From a virus (Duplodnaviria > Caudoviricetes): 39,596 nt of DNA. The stretch is taken from IMG/VR virus record IMGVR_UViG_3300032250_000450, positions 1-39,596 of that record. One strand, written 5' to 3'. Positions 28,581-35,774 of this stretch are shown piece after piece (positions within the stretch are counted from its first letter, which is position 1; every line of letters starts with the position of its first letter). The position numbers and the translations under genes are program-made. A model generated the notes under the pieces. The model was not told where the DNA came from. It did no database searches and worked only from the letters and a program-made list of their open reading frames with translations.

Positions 28581-29537
28581 TTATGCATCTACTTTGTGAA
28601 GTATGCAAGGGATAATTTCACCTGATCTAATTATTGCTACGGTGTCTCCGATTTGTAGATCCAACATTTCAATAAAACCAGGATTATTAAGAGTAGCCCG
28701 ACTGACGAGGGCATCGCCAATATAAACAGGCTCAAGAATAGCAACTGGAGTGACTTTACCGCTTTTGCCCACTTGCCATTCAACGGATAAGAGTTTTGTT
28801 TCGACATGGGCTTGTCGTTCTTTTTTAGCATATGCACCACGAGGATGCTTGGCAGTATATCCTAAATCTTGGAATAGTTGGGTATCGTTTACACGAAACA
28901 CTACACCATCACAAGGATATATTTTATCTAAGTCAGGTTCGCTGATTACATTGAAACCATACTGTTTTAGTACAGCTAGTTCTTGGCGATAAGTTGTAGT
29001 AATTGCAGGTTGAGCACCATAAGCAAAGAAACTCAATGCACGGGTACTAAACTCTGAGCTGTCTTTTAAGTTTAGTGAGCCTGCCGCATAATTACGGGCA
29101 TTTTCAATATAACTTGGAGCAACAATCTCACCAGTAACTTGATAGATTCCTGACAGCGGAATTGTATGAGGAACTAAACCACTATGACTAAGAATCTTGT
29201 CTGTGATGATTTGACCTTCAACACCATCACCACGAGTTAACGCGCGTACAAGTGTGCCATCCACATAGAGTAAACTAATAGCAGCACCATCGAGCTTGGC
29301 AGTAGTAACAATATCACTAATACCTTCCAAAGGACGCTTTTGATCTTCATCTTCATAATACTTTTGTAGTGAATACATTTGATAAACATGACGCTCGACA
29401 TTGCCGTGCTGCTTAGCACCAACAGCATTATATCCAATAGACTCTGCAAGTCGATCGAACTGGTCGTCACTAATGATCGGAGCACCACTATAGTAGGCTC
29501 GCGAAGCTAGATTTAAGTATTGTTCAAGTTTGTTCAT
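28581..29537 (-). CDS. NAD+-dependent DNA ligase, N-terminal subunit (adenylation + OB)
   Basis: YY..G...SD..FD, MYSLQK, KLDG, TRGDG, DGVV, ATLNN and RSGEIIP. Confidence 0.93.
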   Translation of the reverse strand: MNKLEQYLNLASRAYYSGAPIISDDQFDRLAESIGYNAVGAKQHGNVERHVYQMYSLQKYYEDEDQKRPLEGISDIVTTAKLDGAAISLLYVDGTLVRALTRGDGVEGQIITDKILSHSGLVPHTIPLSGIYQVTGEIVAPSYIENARNYAAGSLNLKDSSEFSTRALSFFAYGAQPAITTTYRQELAVLKQYGFNVISEPDLDKIYPCDGVVFRVNDTQLFQDLGYTAKHPRGAYAKKERQAHVETKLLSVEWQVGKSGKVTPVAILEPVYIGDALVSRATLNNPGFIEMLDLQIGDTVAIIRSGEIIPCILHKVDA

Positions 29538-29544
29538 AAGTATT

Positions 29545-29573
29545 ATTATAACATTTTAAACTAAGCGATTCAA
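29545..29573 (-). promoter_or_regulatory. sigma70 promoter
   Basis: TTGAAT-17 nt-TATAAT with TGt. Confidence 0.65.
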
Positions 29574-29575
29574 GT

Positions 29576-29857
29576 TTATTTTTCTTTTATCTTGTCTGAA
29601 AAGTATTCGATAACCTCTTTGCCTTCGGCTTTAGCGCAAATGTCGAACAGCCCGTATAAAAGCGAGTGAATATTTTCAATTGAAGCAGGAATTGAGATGC
29701 CTTCACGACTAGCAACCCATTCGCCTTCATAGCTAAGAAAGTATTTTCTTAGTTGTACATAGATTACATCACGGAACTCATTGACTACCAGTTTTACCTG
29801 AAAGCCTTTGTCCATGTTTTCTTCTATTAAACGTTCGTATAGGATATTTGAGTCCAT
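29576..29857 (-). CDS. PC4-like ssDNA-binding protein
   Basis: VNEFR..YV.LRKYF..YEGEW...REGISIP. Confidence 0.8.
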   Translation of the reverse strand: MDSNILYERLIEENMDKGFQVKLVVNEFRDVIYVQLRKYFLSYEGEWVASREGISIPASIENIHSLLYGLFDICAKAEGKEVIEYFSDKIKEK

Positions 29858-30483
29858 TAGATTCTAACTCCCATTTCTCGCAAATGTTCTAGTGACGCCA
29901 GTTCAGCAGCTTCTTGATAGGCATTTTGTTGCCAACGTTCAGCAAGCAACCAGATACGATAAACAAAACCATGTTTAGGTGACTTTTGTTCCGCATCAAT
30001 TCGTGCAGTAGAATCATAGCGTGAACTATACACTACTTCGCCAATTTTAAATCGGTCACGAACTGCTCCGTCTGGAATCAACTGAGGGTCAAAATAGCTT
30101 GACCCAGGTACGCGAATTGGCACGCTATTACCTTCTAGAATATCTTTGATAAAACGGCTACTGCGATATGTCATTTTTGAAATGGCATCTACAGTTTCAC
30201 CATTTAAGTACTCACTAATAATATAAACTTTTTCTTCTTGTGTTGCAGGTTTACCACGTAGTTGCGATTTACGCTGTGATATACGAGCTTGTTTTTGTTT
30301 ATATTCTTCAATAATAGTACCAAGACGAGTAGTATTATAACTCATGCCTAAAATAGCACACGCGTCTTTTTTGGTAATTGGTTTCTTACCTTCTTCTTGC
30401 GGGTCAAGTAGACGTATAACTTTTGCAATATTAGCATCAGTCATCAACTCTTCTTCTAGTGCTGGACGTTTACGTGTTGCCAT
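29857..30483 (-). CDS. Conserved T5-like hypothetical DNA-binding protein (HTH + SH3-like)
   Basis: TKKDAC.ILG.SYNTTRL, YL.GE....IS...YRS and F.IGE.V.S.RY. Confidence 0.7.
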   Translation of the reverse strand: MATRKRPALEEELMTDANIAKVIRLLDPQEEGKKPITKKDACAILGMSYNTTRLGTIIEEYKQKQARISQRKSQLRGKPATQEEKVYIISEYLNGETVDAISKMTYRSSRFIKDILEGNSVPIRVPGSSYFDPQLIPDGAVRDRFKIGEVVYSSRYDSTARIDAEQKSPKHGFVYRIWLLAERWQQNAYQEAAELASLEHLREMGVRI

Positions 30484-30506
30484 TTTATTCCTTTGAGTTT
30501 AAGACG

Positions 30507-30531
30507 AAAAAAGGCGGCAAAATGCCGCCTT
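30507..30531 (-). terminator. Intrinsic terminator after D3-like gene
   Basis: Minus strand AAGGCGGCA-ttt-TGCCGCCTTTTTT. Confidence 0.8.
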
Positions 30532-30534
30532 GAA

Positions 30535-30891
30535 TTACTTCAATACTGATAAGAAGTAGACTGCAGCTTTACCTGTAAGCTTGCTTAGAATGTCTTCATC
30601 GACTTCTTTGCCTGCTGCTTCGATAGCTGCACGGAGTTCAGCAATGCTGGACTCTTTTGACACACGCTTTGTGCCCTCACCGCTAGGTGCTTTAGTTTTT
30701 GTAGTACTAGCACCAGCTTCTTTTTTCACATACACACCAGCTTGCACTAGTACCATGCGAACGCCGTTAGGCGACATTTCAATTTCTTCTGCAATATCTT
30801 TGATAATTTCAGTAGAGGATTCAGGTGTAGGGCCTGCACCTTCGTACATCTCAATAACTTTTGTTTTGAGTTCTTCTGTCCAAGTTGCCAT
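30535..30891 (-). CDS. T5 D3-like protein
   Basis: WT.EL, S.EI...IA, SPNGVRM.L..AG.Y.KK, RVSK and KLTGKAA. Confidence 0.82.
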   Translation of the reverse strand: MATWTEELKTKVIEMYEGAGPTPESSTEIIKDIAEEIEMSPNGVRMVLVQAGVYVKKEAGASTTKTKAPSGEGTKRVSKESSIAELRAAIEAAGKEVDEDILSKLTGKAAVYFLSVLK

Positions 30892-30904
30892 TTATTTGCT
30901 TTCT

Positions 30905-31153
30905 TTAATGTAAATTTTTTTGTGTTTTTAAATTACCTGTTTTAACCAAATCATTTTCAATTAATGCATTATAAGCTGCCTCATATGCACAAACTAAACT
31001 GTAAAGATTGTCTGTTGGTATCAGACTGTTTGGTAAACCATCTGGAGAAATTCTGTGCGTAATGCACATTTCTTCAATTTTAGCACGAATTTGTAAACTT
31101 ATTTTAACTGCATCGCCTAATATTTCACTATCCCATGTTTTAAATTTAGACAT
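30905..31153 (-). CDS. Hypothetical protein
   Basis: Start re-assigned to MSKFKTW (short overlap with the upstream stop). Confidence 0.55.
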   Translation of the reverse strand: MSKFKTWDSEILGDAVKISLQIRAKIEEMCITHRISPDGLPNSLIPTDNLYSLVCAYEAAYNALIENDLVKTGNLKTQKNLH

Positions 31154-31418
31154 GATCGGTTGTAATGTCTGACATTTGCTCAGGGATAAATCTACGATAG
31201 TTGTGTTTAAGATCAAACTGTTCTAGAATTGCCATAGTTTGCTCATGTTGTGCTGACTTTAGTGCTGAAAACTCACGGCAAAAAACTGCAAATTCATCTT
31301 CAGACATTTGTGAAACATCAATGCCTTCAACAAATTTAGTTGGGCCAACAAGTGGAACTACAGCACGCTTTGACTGTGTGCCATCTGCTTTTGTGTAAGT
31401 AAATTCTAGGAAATTCAT
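31146..31418 (-). CDS. Small WYL/Sm-like domain protein
   Basis: FTYTKADG..S.R.V.P...G.D...YRRF motif. Confidence 0.6.
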   Translation of the reverse strand: MNFLEFTYTKADGTQSKRAVVPLVGPTKFVEGIDVSQMSEDEFAVFCREFSALKSAQHEQTMAILEQFDLKHNYRRFIPEQMSDITTDHV

Positions 31419-31450
31419 AGTTTGTTCTTTCTTTCGTAAATTAAGTATAT

Positions 31451-31479
31451 ATTATACCGCTTTTGCAATTTAGGGTCAA
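31451..31479 (-). promoter_or_regulatory. sigma70 promoter
   Basis: TTGACC-17 nt-TATAAT. Confidence 0.75.
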
Positions 31480-31489
31480 ATGTAAAATT

Positions 31490-31753
31490 TTAAGTTTGAC
31501 TTTCCATTACCGCCCGCTCAAGACCACGTTTAAAACGTTCACTAAAACTTGGTATAAAAATAGGTAGTATACTAAATGGGGCAGTAATTGAGGTTATAAC
31601 TATGTAAGTTAAATAACTTAACCAAGTATTTTCTGTAAAACTATTCTCTACTCCTAGTTCTTTAGCAAGGGCTATAGCAGGGCTTAAGAATAGATAACAA
31701 CTTGTTATGCCTGTTGTTAGTGCAAATAAAAGATATATTTCAATTATTTCCAT
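31490..31753 (-). CDS. Two-TM membrane protein
   Basis: Two hydrophobic stretches. Confidence 0.65.
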   Translation of the reverse strand: MEIIEIYLLFALTTGITSCYLFLSPAIALAKELGVENSFTENTWLSYLTYIVITSITAPFSILPIFIPSFSERFKRGLERAVMESQT

Positions 31754-32136
31754 ACTAAGTTACCTTTAGAGTCGTGTGCTCTAGCACCCAAACTAAAGTT
31801 AACTTTACCTTCGATGACTTTCAATTTATCTCCATCGGGTCGATAAGCAAGTGCTGCTGCTTGAACTTTTGGATTACTACTAAATAAATCTGCGCCTGCA
31901 CGACCTGTAAATTCTTTGAATAGTTTTGCAACCCTAATGTTGTCATGTGACCAAACAGTTTTACCGTTTGGGGTATGTCTACGATATTTAATGTTTGCTA
32001 GTGCGTCTTTAATTTGTTCGTTATTAGGTTGTTGTTTTAATACTCGCGTTAATTTAATTTTTCTGTTTGTAGCCCAACGTGTGCTGGATTTATACAATGC
32101 AGAGTATGCCTGTTTAGATTTACTTGCTGACGACAT
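31744..32136 (-). CDS. Basic hypothetical protein
   Basis: GGAG RBS; 130 aa. Confidence 0.7.
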   Translation of the reverse strand: MSSASKSKQAYSALYKSSTRWATNRKIKLTRVLKQQPNNEQIKDALANIKYRRHTPNGKTVWSHDNIRVAKLFKEFTGRAGADLFSSNPKVQAAALAYRPDGDKLKVIEGKVNFSLGARAHDSKGNLVWK

Positions 32137-32139
32137 TAA

Positions 32140-32466
32140 TTACTCCGAGTCAAATTCGACTTCAAACTCATCGTTCCATGATTCAGTAACATAACCTTCT
32201 ACATCAGACTCTGCACGCTCTGTTAATTCACGAGCACGTTTAACCGATTCTTGAATTGACTGAACTTCTTGTAGAGCTGCAATAAGTTCTGGAATACCTT
32301 CCATGTGAATTGGCAGACTACGATTGCAGCCGTCAAAAATAGACACTTCATCTAAACCGCCAGAATTAGTACCATATTCTACGCCATAATAGAATTGGTT
32401 TTCACCAAGAATAAATAAGCCGTCTGCAAAAAGGTCTTCGTTGGCATTACCAAAATAAATTTTCAT
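32140..32466 (-). CDS. Acidic hypothetical protein
   Basis: Start re-assigned to MKIYFG behind ACAAGGAAAC and a promoter. Confidence 0.7.
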   Translation of the reverse strand: MKIYFGNANEDLFADGLFILGENQFYYGVEYGTNSGGLDEVSIFDGCNRSLPIHMEGIPELIAALQEVQSIQESVKRARELTERAESDVEGYVTESWNDEFEVEFDSE

Positions 32467-32503
32467 TGTGTTTCCTTGTGTTAAAAATTTGTTTAGAACT
32501 TGT

Positions 32504-32532
32504 ATTATATCAAAAACAGTATAAGAGTTCAA
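32504..32532 (-). promoter_or_regulatory. sigma70 promoter
   Basis: TTGAAC-17 nt-TATAAT with TGa. Confidence 0.7.
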
Positions 32533-32549
32533 GTATATTTTTTACAAAC

Positions 32550-32574
32550 AAAAAACCCAGCTTAGCGCTGGGTT
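32550..32574 (-). terminator. Intrinsic terminator ending the tRNA/rubrerythrin transcript
   Basis: Minus strand AACCCAGC-gctaa-GCTGGGTTTTTT. Confidence 0.8.
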
Positions 32575-32660
32575 AGGTGTTTTGGGTGTATGATTGGATC
32601 AGGTACAAACCTAGGTTTAGGTGTACTTAAAAGTGGATCTGGTACAAATGTATTTTTCAT
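32562..32660 (-). CDS. 32-aa Pro-rich peptide (FVPDP x2; not in ORF track)
   Basis: ATGA overlap with rubredoxin. MKNTFVPDPLLSTPKPRFVPDPIIHPKHLTQR. Confidence 0.45.
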   Translation of the reverse strand: MKNTFVPDPLLSTPKPRFVPDPIIHPKHLTQR

Positions 32661-32788
32661 TCCATTGAGACGTAGTCTTCTTTGCCTACGCCACACTCAG
32701 GACATTCAAATGTATCTGGTAAGGTATCCCACATACCTTCTAGTTCTTCATCGTGAACGTGACCGCACACTATGCATACATATTCCAT
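32657..32788 (-). CDS. Rubredoxin (43 aa; not in ORF track)
   Basis: MEYVCIVCGHVHDEELEGMWDTLPDTFECPECGVGKEDY has two CxxCG knuckles. TAATG overlap with rubrerythrin; GGAG RBS. Confidence 0.92.
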   Translation of the reverse strand: MEYVCIVCGHVHDEELEGMWDTLPDTFECPECGVGKEDYVSME

Positions 32789-33237
32789 TATAAATTCTCC
32801 AAAACTTGTTTGTACGCATTTGCATGACGTTCTTCAACTTTCTTTAAAGCAGCAAATCTTTTTTCTGCTTTTTCTAGAACTGCAGCAAACTGTGCAGCGT
32901 GTTCTTTGCTTTCTTCAATTTGATGTTCGGCTTCTTTAGCCGCCTGCAACTCGCCTTCACGTAAAGCGATAGCTTGAAATTGTGGATACATTTGAGTAAA
33001 CTCATATGTCTCACCTTCAATAGCTTTTTCCAGACACTCTTTAGTACTTGGCTTGCCTATAAGCAATTCTAAATGACCCCAAGCGTGTTTGAGTTCTTGC
33101 TCGGCTGTGTGTTCAAAGTGTTTGGCAACATCTTCAAAGCCTTCTTCGCGAGCAATTTTTGCAAAGTAACGATATTTGATATGCGCTTGGCTTTCGCCTG
33201 CTAGCGCACTTCCTAAATTTGCTAATGTAACTGACAT
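32788..33237 (-). CDS. Rubrerythrin (ferritin-like di-iron domain only)
   Basis: AGESQA..KY..FA..AREEG, EQELKHA, GETYE...MYP and ESKEHA. Confidence 0.92.
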   Translation of the reverse strand: MSVTLANLGSALAGESQAHIKYRYFAKIAREEGFEDVAKHFEHTAEQELKHAWGHLELLIGKPSTKECLEKAIEGETYEFTQMYPQFQAIALREGELQAAKEAEHQIEESKEHAAQFAAVLEKAEKRFAALKKVEERHANAYKQVLENL

Positions 33238-33261
33238 TGTTTTTCCTGTGGTGTGTTATGT

Positions 33262-33337
<76 letters not shown>

Positions 33338-33347
33338 GACTCGTAAG

Positions 33348-33421
33348 TGGAGCGGGATATCAGGCTCGAACTGATCTCTCTAGTTTGGAAGACTAGGGCA
33401 CAACCCCTATACCAATCCCGC
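33348..33421 (-). tRNA. tRNA-Gly(TCC)
   Basis: GCGGGAT... CTAGT CTTCCAA ACTAG ... TTCGAGC ... CCCGCTCCA. Confidence 0.92.
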
Positions 33422-33532
33422 TTATGTAATATCTATTTTTTCTACTTGGACAAATCCGTACTGATCTATTGCCCATAGTAAAACTTGTACTTTGTGATGT
33501 ATTTGTGGGACTTTATAGTTAAAAAGGGACAT
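33422..33532 (-). CDS. Possible 36-aa peptide
   Basis: MSLFNYKVPQIHHKVQVLLWAIDQYGFVQVEKIDIT fills the gap before tRNA-Gly. Confidence 0.35.
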   Translation of the reverse strand: MSLFNYKVPQIHHKVQVLLWAIDQYGFVQVEKIDIT

Positions 33533-33779
33533 CTTCATCTTTCCAAGGGGCTATTTCATTTTTGTAATGCTCTTCAGCTTCTTTAAAGCCTGCTCGTGCT
33601 AATAGGTCAGTCATAACAGGTGTTGTAAAATTTACAAAACCATTTTTATTTAACCAAATAAGATACTCAAAATCATCTGCAATAATGTCACATATTCTAC
33701 AACCAGCAAATTTGCCTAGTGTCAGCTTATCTAACATATCTAATTTGTTTGATTTTATACTACCAAATGTTTTTGCCAT
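33519..33779 (-). CDS. Small protein with GKF.G..I.D.....YL.W motif (Exo X C-terminal/DUF3820-like)
   Basis: Motif recognition; C-terminal DEDVPF. Confidence 0.6.
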   Translation of the reverse strand: MAKTFGSIKSNKLDMLDKLTLGKFAGCRICDIIADDFEYLIWLNKNGFVNFTTPVMTDLLARAGFKEAEEHYKNEIAPWKDEDVPF

Positions 33780-33937
33780 TACCAGTGCCTTATAACGCTT
33801 GCTATGATAAATAAATTTGTTATTATATAACTAAGTAAAATTATTGTACGAATTATGGCTATTCGATCAGCTTCACTATCTGTGTTGCCAGATTTTTCGC
33901 CTATTGCTTTACTCCATAACCGCCACAGATTTTTCAT
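33779..33937 (-). CDS. Small membrane protein (52 aa; not in ORF track)
   Basis: MKNLWRLWSKAIGEKSGNTDSEADRIAIIRTIILLSYIITNLFIIASVIRHW; TAATG overlap with the downstream gene. Confidence 0.7.
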   Translation of the reverse strand: MKNLWRLWSKAIGEKSGNTDSEADRIAIIRTIILLSYIITNLFIIASVIRHW

Positions 33938-34499
33938 CTAATTCCTGTAAGGCTGCTATTTTAGCTAAAACAAGATCAATTCTTGCTAGTACTTGTTCTG
34001 AAGTAAGCCAAATATCTTTGTTGTCTAGCATTGATTTGATCTCGTCTGGTGTTAAAAAGTCGTGATATACTTCTCGCAAGAAGTTTTCTGACCAAGCACG
34101 TTCAAACTGAAGTTGGTCAAACATTTCGCCACCTTTGCCAAATACACCTGCTGAATAGTTGTGAAACATAAATAAGCTGTGCGGTGTTACTTCAAACTCG
34201 TCTCCGTGAAGAAAGATCATTGTTGCAGCACTCATACAAGCACCTTCAACACTAGTAATCACATGAGCATTAGTTTCACTTAACACGCGCAAAAATTGCA
34301 GAGCCGTATATAAATCGCCTCCGCAACTATTAATGTAGATTTTAACTGTGTCTGTTGCACGAGCATTGCGAATAGTATCAAACCATTCACAATACTCACT
34401 GGCATCTTCAATTTCGCCTGACAGATAGAATTCGTATAAGTTCCCACTATTTTTAGTAAAAAACTGTTTTCCTGGTATGATTTTTGTTTCGTCTGTCAT
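33909..34499 (-). CDS. clpP: ClpP-family serine protease (S14)
   Basis: YLSGEI, YINSCGGDL, GACMSAAT (Ser), FMFHN (His) and KDIWL (Asp). Confidence 0.88.
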   Translation of the reverse strand: MTDETKIIPGKQFFTKNSGNLYEFYLSGEIEDASEYCEWFDTIRNARATDTVKIYINSCGGDLYTALQFLRVLSETNAHVITSVEGACMSAATMIFLHGDEFEVTPHSLFMFHNYSAGVFGKGGEMFDQLQFERAWSENFLREVYHDFLTPDEIKSMLDNKDIWLTSEQVLARIDLVLAKIAALQELDEKSVAVME

Positions 34500-34516
34500 G
34501 TATGCTTTCTGTAGTT

Positions 34517-34842
34517 TAGGGTCAAGTTTATTCTGTTACGAGGAAAACTTGACAAAACCCTAAGCAGTGTTTAGGCTGCTAATGCGAACTGTGAGTCGTT
34601 TGCGGTTACTTTTTTGTGCTTCTACGGCAGGGAACTCCCAACCCTAACGGCTTTAGCATTGCCGAGTTGTCCACTTGTTTACTCTTTGCCTTGTCGAATC
34701 TATAACAGCCCCAACATAAGGTATATCGCACTTACAGAGAGAACGCGTCCCACAGCTATGCATCGCTTCAATATACCTTATGGTGGAGCTGGCGGGATTT
34801 GCACCCGCGTCCAAAACACTTTTCTGTCTGCTTCTTACAACC
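34517..34842 (-). ncRNA. ssrA: Two-piece (circularly permuted) tmRNA, tag ANDSQFALAA
   Basis: Minus-strand order: acceptor piece GGAC-GCGGG-TGCAAAT-CCCGC-CAGCTCC-ACCA (34812-34781), then a hairpin intervening segment, then GGGGCTG-TTATAGATTCGAC (from 34712), then tag ORF 34603-34571. The acceptor stem has G3.U70. Outer ends are approximate. Confidence 0.92.
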
Positions 34843-34920
34843 ATATCAAAACACTCTAGCTAGCCGTGGAGCCCTTACTTATTCAGTGCGGTGGGGTTTT
34901 AACCCAAGAGTGTTTTGATA

Positions 34921-34995
34921 TGGTGCCCAATGTCGGAATCGAACTGACGACCTATCGCTTACAAGGCGAGTGCTCTGCCTCTGAGCTAATCGGGC
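34921..34995 (-). tRNA. tRNA-Thr(TGT)
   Basis: GCCCGATTAGCTCAG... CTTGTAA ... TTCGATT ... GGGCACCA. Confidence 0.92.
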
Positions 34996-34996
34996 A

Positions 34997-35071
34997 TGGC
35001 TCCAAAGGCAGGGATCGAACCTACGACCAATTGATTAACAGTCAACTGCACTACCACTGTGCTACTTTGGA
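34997..35071 (-). tRNA. tRNA-Asn(GTT)
   Basis: TCCAAAGTAGCACAGTGGTAGTGCA GTTGA CTGTTAA TCAAT ... TTTGGAGCCA. Confidence 0.93.
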
Positions 35072-35073
35072 AT

Positions 35074-35164
35074 TTGCTGGTTACTTTATCCAGCGTCAAT
35101 TACGAATGACAGTTCAATTGCTCGGACACTAATTACCGCTAGCATCAACGGACCTAAGGCAGGT
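35074..35164 (-). ncRNA. Candidate multi-hairpin ncRNA between tRNA-Asp and tRNA-Asn
   Basis: Consecutive hairpins ACCT/AGGT, CCGTTG/TAGCGG, AATT/AATT, GTCA/TGAC and GCTGG/CCAGC; no convincing ORF. Confidence 0.45.
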
Positions 35165-35166
35165 TA

Positions 35167-35241
35167 TGGCGGTCTTATGGGGTAACGATCCCCATCTACA
35201 GCAGTGACAGTGCTGTGTGCGTCCGTGAACACTTTAAGACC
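35167..35241 (-). tRNA. tRNA-Asp(GTC), atypical D/T loops
   Basis: GGTCTTA AA GTGT... CAGCA CTGTCAC TGCTG ... TGGGG ATCGTTA CCCCA TAAGACC GCCA. Confidence 0.88.
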
Positions 35242-35338
35242 ATTTTTAGTAGCGCCTGGTCGCCAATTCCAGGTCGCCTCAGTGTCAGGGAGGAGAATAA
35301 CACTTACACGCAATAGCCAATGAATTCGCTACTAAAAA

Positions 35339-35414
35339 TGGTACTCGGTACGAGATTCGAACTCGTGTGCTCGCCGTGAAAGGGCGGTATCCTAGGCCTC
35401 TAGATGAACCGAGT
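35339..35414 (-). tRNA. tRNA-Glu(TTC)
   Basis: ACTCGGTTCATCTAGAGGCCTAGGATA CCGCC CTTTCAC GGCGA ... CCGAGTACCA. Confidence 0.92.
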
Positions 35415-35420
35415 GTTGTT

Positions 35421-35504
35421 TGGTACGAGTAATCGGAGTCGAACCGATACGCATTACGCGGCAGATTTTAAGTCTGCTGGGTCTACCAATTCCCCCATAC
35501 TCGC
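35421..35504 (-). tRNA. tRNA-Leu(TAA)
   Basis: GCGAGTA... GCAGA CTTAAAA TCTGC, long variable arm, TTCGACT ... ACCA. Confidence 0.93.
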
Positions 35505-35508
35505 AATA

Positions 35509-35712
35509 TTAATATAATCTAACTACTACTGTAATCAGATCAAGCCATACTGAAGTATATTTATCTTTGATATAATCAATATCACGGACACTAAGGTATG
35601 GTCCGTTTACAATTTTGAAATCTTTTCCAGCAACCCAATCTGCTTTAGCTTCTTCGCTTGTATTATACTGTCTGCCATAAGCAGGCATAATCATTAACTG
35701 GTTGTCTTTCAT
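35509..35712 (-). CDS. Hypothetical protein (PAYGR.Y...DW..GKDF)
   Basis: AAGGA RBS; upstream promoter. Confidence 0.7.
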   Translation of the reverse strand: MKDNQLMIMPAYGRQYNTSEEAKADWVAGKDFKIVNGPYLSVRDIDYIKDKYTSVWLDLITVVVRLY

Positions 35713-35737
35713 AGATTATCCTTGTCGTTAAAGAACA

Positions 35738-35767
35738 ATTATAACAAACTTTTACTATAAAGTTCAA
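35738..35767 (-). promoter_or_regulatory. sigma70 promoter driving the tRNA/tmRNA/clpP array
   Basis: TTGAAC-18 nt-TATAAT with TGt. Confidence 0.6.
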
Positions 35768-35774
35768 GTTTAAA

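Noticed and set aside
27733-29537. Split DNA ligase as a pseudogene or novelty
   Set aside because: A two-gene NAD+ ligase is the established arrangement in T5-like phages, and both halves are intact.
27186-30913. Long + strand ORFs opposite D5, ligase and D3
   Set aside because: They are antisense shadows of biased-codon genes, with no RBS or promoter support.
32590-32793. + strand 67-aa ORF
   Set aside because: It is antisense to the clear rubredoxin and the coupled peptide.
34781-34812. tmRNA 3' fragment as a prophage att site
   Set aside because: No integrase or host DNA junction is present, and the matching 5' half and tag ORF follow in permuted order.
34614-35132. ORF-track calls 34614-34859(+), 34653-34844(-) and 34866-35132(+)
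   Set aside because: They overlap the tmRNA and tRNA-Thr/Asn, have no RBS or protein-like features, and are shadows of structured RNA.
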